Origin: Pseudomonadales bacterium | GTDB taxonomy: Bacteria > Pseudomonadota > Gammaproteobacteria > Pseudomonadales > Pseudohongiellaceae | Length of the DNA: 64,000 nucleotides | Reading direction: 5' to 3' | Assembly: GCA_022827425.1 (NCBI GenBank) | Contig: JAJDSZ010000038.1 | Coordinates: forward strand, 32,779-96,778 | Notes under the pieces: model-generated | Told to the model about the DNA's origin: nothing | Database searches by the model: none | The model's input: the letters and a program-made list of their open reading frames with translations, nothing else | Shown here: in pieces, positions 56,699-64,000 of the stretch | Position numbering within the stretch: position 1 is the first letter of the stretch | How the letters are laid out: each line of letters starts with the position of its first letter | Translations under genes and position numbers: made by a program

Positions 56699-56807
56699 AA
56701 GAAACCCCCGAACGCCATGAACCGGGAACAGCGCCGCCCAACCGGCGCCGCCACGGAAAGCCTAATACAGGACAAGCGGCAGCGCCAAACTTTGCGCGAA
56801 ATTTCTC

Positions 56808-56918
56808 CAGGGCCGCTCGATTTCGTTGCATATCCGCCAATATTCGCCTCAATCGACCGACCGGGGGCGCGGCGATAGCGAATTTTCGCTTTCGCGAATT
56901 CCTGCGGCGCAGGCTCCT
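56808..56918. repeat. Family-3 repeat, long module (about 112 bp)
   Basis: Roughly 85% identical by eye to the reverse complement of 63540-63655. Confidence 0.7.
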
Positions 56919-56926
56919 GGTCTTCC

Positions 56927-57043
56927 AGCAATTCTCATTATGGCGCTTCACCCCTCCTGTCATTCTGCGCGGAGCGAAGCGAAGTCGCAGAATCTCTTTC
57001 AGTGGCCTCGAAATGGGATCCTGCGACTGCGCGCAGGATGACC
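56927..57043. repeat. Family-1 composite (leader, hairpin, spacer, hairpin)
   Basis: agcaattctcatta...cctgtcattctgcgcggagcgaagcgaagtcgcagaat...cagtggcctcgaaatgg gatcctgcgactgcgcgcaggatgacc. Confidence 0.75.
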
Positions 57044-57080
57044 AAAGAGAACGCGCTCAGTTACATAATGAGAATTGCTG

Positions 57081-60872
<3,792 letters not shown>

Positions 60873-60927
60873 GGCCGCAGCCCGCCCCCGGAGAAGAAAG
60901 GCGGCAATTCTAGCAAAACCCGCCCCG

Positions 60928-60957
60928 GGTCATTCCGCGGCCATGCGCGGAATGACG
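60928..60957. repeat. Family-1 REP hairpin
   Basis: ggtcattccgcgg-ccat-gcgcggaatgacg. Confidence 0.7.
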
Positions 60958-61044
60958 AGGCGGGGGCGATGCCTCGAACAAAATCTTCAAGCTTGCGGTA
61001 AAATGGCCGGGTTGAATCATCGGCTATGCCGGGGAGCGACCCAA

Positions 61045-61626
61045 GTGATCAGCATTACGGAATCGGCCCAGGAATATCTTGCGGAACTGCTTGCCAAACA
61101 GGATTGCGAGGGCATAGGCGTGCGGATATTCATACTCGACGCCGGCACGCCCCAGGCGGAGACCTGCATCTCCTACTGCCGACCCGGCGAAGAAAAGCCC
61201 ACGGACGAGAAAAAACCCCACGCCGGATTTATCGCCTGGGTCGACCAGCCCAGCATTCCCTTCCTCGAAGACGCCGTGGTGGATTTCGCCAAGGATTCCA
61301 TGGGCGGGCAGCTCACCATCAAGGCCCCCAATTCCCGCCTGCCGCGAATCGGCGAAGACAGCCCCATCGAGGACCGGGTCAACTACATCCTCTACAACGA
61401 AATCAATCCCGGCCTCGCCGCCCACGGCGGCCATGTCACATTAGAGGAAATCTTTGAGGAAAACATCGCCGTCTTGCGTTTTGGCGGCGGCTGCCAGGGC
61501 TGTGGCATGGTGGACGTGACACTCAAGGACGGCGTGGAATCCGCGCTGCTTTCCCAGATTCCGCAGCTCAGGGAAGTCCGCGACATCACCGACCACAGCT
61601 ACCGGGAAAACGCCTACTACCGATAG
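61045..61626 (+). CDS. nfuA: Fe-S cluster biogenesis protein NfuA
   Basis: The GTG at 61045 follows GGGGAG. It parallels E. coli NfuA throughout, including [15 protein letters not shown]. Confidence 0.9.
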   Translation: MISITESAQEYLAELLAKQDCEGIGVRIFILDAGTPQAETCISYCRPGEEKPTDEKKPHAGFIAWVDQPSIPFLEDAVVDFAKDSMGGQLTIKAPNSRLPRIGEDSPIEDRVNYILYNEINPGLAAHGGHVTLEEIFEENIAVLRFGGGCQGCGMVDVTLKDGVESALLSQIPQLREVRDITDHSYRENAYYR

Positions 61627-61647
61627 TAAATGCAACCGGGCGCCGGT

Positions 61648-62307
61648 TCATCCCGGATAGCGCCGGGCCAGTTCCCCGTAGACCCGCTGCCGGTAATCCG
61701 CCGGTTCGGGATCGAGTTCGTCAAGGATTTCCGCCAGACATTCATTGTCTTCGCGGCCCGACCAGAGCTTCTGGTAGCGGCCTTCCCCGTAGCCATGGTC
61801 CTGGCGGAACATGTTGAGCACATTCTTGCCGATGTACTGGCGGTACAGCCCAAGCCAGTCCAGCCCGCAGTCCTCCATGAGGGCGCCAAACAGCCGCAGG
61901 TCGATGCGCCGGCTCGCGCTCAGGCCGATCAGCAATTCGAGCTTGCCGAGCAGGCCGAGTTCGGCGAGCCGGTAGCGGTCGCCGTCGAAATCCACGCCGG
62001 CAGCGCTCCGACCCTCGTCCAGCAGGCCGAGCAAGACAGCTTGGGCGGAATTCTGGTCCCCGTTTTCCCGCAGCAGAATTTCCGACAACAGGAAATGCCA
62101 GATATCCACGAGTTCCATCTGTAACTGGGCGTTGTCGCGCTGCTGCCGTTTCCACCATTTCCAGCCGTGGTGTTCCATCGCCTCGGCGCCTTCGACAATC
62201 ACCGCCCGCAGGTAGGGATAGGCGGCCGCGAGCCAGTCCGGGTCGATTCTTGCATTCATTTCCGCCTGCAGGGCAAGCATGGCGGAAGCCTGTTCCCGTG
62301 ACAGCAT
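61648..62307 (-). CDS. Dimeric (all-alpha) dUTPase-like NTP pyrophosphatase family protein
   Basis: The text EGAEAMEHHGWKWWK...ELVDIWHFLLS is typical of the dimeric dUTPase family as I recall it. Confidence 0.7.
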   Translation of the reverse strand: MLSREQASAMLALQAEMNARIDPDWLAAAYPYLRAVIVEGAEAMEHHGWKWWKRQQRDNAQLQMELVDIWHFLLSEILLRENGDQNSAQAVLLGLLDEGRSAAGVDFDGDRYRLAELGLLGKLELLIGLSASRRIDLRLFGALMEDCGLDWLGLYRQYIGKNVLNMFRQDHGYGEGRYQKLWSGREDNECLAEILDELDPEPADYRQRVYGELARRYPG

Positions 62308-62342
62308 GGGGGCGCCAGTGGGTAATCCGAATAGGGGAAGAT

Positions 62343-62615
62343 TCAGCGAGCCTGTTTTGCGAGGGTGCTCAGCATGTCGCGCCTGCTGCGCAACATGTCG
62401 GTGTAGGATTTGCGAACCGCAAGCGCTTCCTCGTTTTCGGCCTCGGCCTCGTCGAGCTCCCGCAACCAGGCCTCCAGCACCTTGATCTCGCCGGTCAGTT
62501 GCATGGTGCCTTCCTCGATCAGCTTCTGATCGATCTCGACACTGGAGTCTTCGCAGTCCCGCTCACCCACGAAACGCCTCCGAATCCACAGTTGCAAGGC
62601 AGGCCAGAATGTCAC
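62343..62615 (-). CDS. Small hypothetical coiled-coil protein (start uncertain: 62615, or 62504 for a 53-aa product)
   Basis: Only ORF-level support. The internal ATG at 62504 has a good SD (GAGGAAGG). Confidence 0.35.
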   Translation of the reverse strand: MTFWPALQLWIRRRFVGERDCEDSSVEIDQKLIEEGTMQLTGEIKVLEAWLRELDEAEAENEEALAVRKSYTDMLRSRRDMLSTLAKQAR

Positions 62616-62644
62616 AGACGAGAATGGCGGTCAAGCGCGCAGGC

Positions 62645-62673
62645 TTGTTTCTGGCGGGATGTTCCCGTACAAT
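62645..62673 (+). promoter_or_regulatory. Putative sigma-70 promoter of rplU-rpmA
   Basis: TTGTTT, a 17-nt spacer, then TACAAT, ending 48 nt upstream of the rplU ATG. Confidence 0.5.
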
Positions 62674-62721
62674 CCGCCGTCTTCACCGGAGTGGTCAGCG
62701 GACCGGTAGCGGACAAGAAAC

Positions 62722-63033
62722 ATGTATGCGGTAATCGAAAGCGGCGGCAAGCAGCATCGCGTGAGCGAAGGCGAGGTATTGCAACTGGAAAAACTTGACC
62801 AGGAAGTGGGCGCGACGGTAGTCTTTGACCGGGTGCTCATGGTGGGCGGAGGCGCGGAGGCAAGAATCGGCCAGCCCTATGTCGAGGGCAGTTCGGTGGA
62901 AGCCGAAGTGCTCGAACAGGGCCGGGGCGAAAAAATCCGCATCATCAAGTTCAATCGCCGCAAGCACCACCGCAAGCAGATGGGCCACCGCCAGTCGTAC
63001 ACCCGGGTGAAAATCACCGGCATCAGGTCATAG
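62722..63033 (+). CDS. rplU: 50S ribosomal protein L21
   Basis: N-terminus [18 protein letters not shown]. Confidence 0.97.
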   Translation: MYAVIESGGKQHRVSEGEVLQLEKLDQEVGATVVFDRVLMVGGGAEARIGQPYVEGSSVEAEVLEQGRGEKIRIIKFNRRKHHRKQMGHRQSYTRVKITGIRS

Positions 63034-63042
63034 GGCACAATC

Positions 63043-63303
63043 ATGGCGCACAAGAAAGCAGGCGGCAGCAGCAACAACGGCCGCGATTCCATATCCAAAC
63101 GGCTTGGCGTCAAGCTCTTCGGCGGCCAGACCGTGAAAGCGGGCAACATCATCGTGCGCCAGCGAGGCACCCGTTTCCATCCCGGCGAGCAGGTCGGCTG
63201 CGGTCGCGACCACACCCTCTACGCCAAGGCCGACGGCATCGTCCAGTTCACCGTCAAAGGCCCCCGGAAACGCAAATACGTCAACGTGGTGAACCCCGCC
63301 TGA
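63043..63303 (+). CDS. rpmA: 50S ribosomal protein L27
   Basis: N-terminus [16 protein letters not shown]. Confidence 0.97.
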   Translation: MAHKKAGGSSNNGRDSISKRLGVKLFGGQTVKAGNIIVRQRGTRFHPGEQVGCGRDHTLYAKADGIVQFTVKGPRKRKYVNVVNPA

Positions 63304-63539
63304 CCGTTTCGTTCCCGAGTTCGGCCAATCCACAACCACAATCGCCGAACGGCGTCCGGGCTCAATCATCGGTTTATCAAGTCGCTGATCAATCAGCGGC
63401 TCTTTATACTGTGGTTTTGGCACGTTACACCGTCGGAAATGCCGTGGGCCGCTACCGGTGCCGGGAGTTTGGCGGCATGCGAATGGCTTGCCATGGAACG
63501 GCGAGACTGGGGTTAATCGAAACCACAAAAGTCACGCTA

Positions 63540-64000
<461 letters not shown>

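Overview
This is a GC-rich chromosomal core segment from a gammaproteobacterium. Gene order matches Pseudomonas and E. coli in three blocks. Block 1 is dnaE'-accA-tilS-pyrG-kdsA-eno-ftsB-ispD-ispF-truD-pcm...nlpD, converging on fdxA-mutS. Block 2 is prfC-tgt-yajC-secD-secF. Block 3 is mlaC-ibaG-murA-hisG-hisD, algW/degS, cysNC-cysD-zapG, zapE, rplM-rpsI-petA-petBC-sspA, dolP-diaA-yraN-lpoA, metH, nfuA, rplU-rpmA-obg'. I support about 60 CDS. I found no rRNA, tRNA, CRISPR array, transposase or phage gene by eye. Five things stand out. (1) The intergenic space holds at least five families of short palindromic or TIR-bearing repeats (REP/BIME-like and MITE-like). They often supply start or stop codons to neighbouring CDS, and once sit in-frame inside truD. 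(2) Their module boundaries repeatedly fall on CTAG. (3) A roughly 350-bp AT-rich island at 22.9-23.2 kb carries a perfect DnaA box and sits at a divergent strand switch, so it may be an origin or a DnaA-binding locus. (4) Cytochrome b and c1 are fused in one ORF, as in fbcH. (5) Several genes expected from synteny are missing: surE, rpoS, sspB, rsmI, mlaFED/mlaB, and hisC, which has moved. All calls come from reading the sequence and the ORF track and recalling protein families. No searches were run. Start codons are best guesses, and the repeat inventories are probably incomplete.
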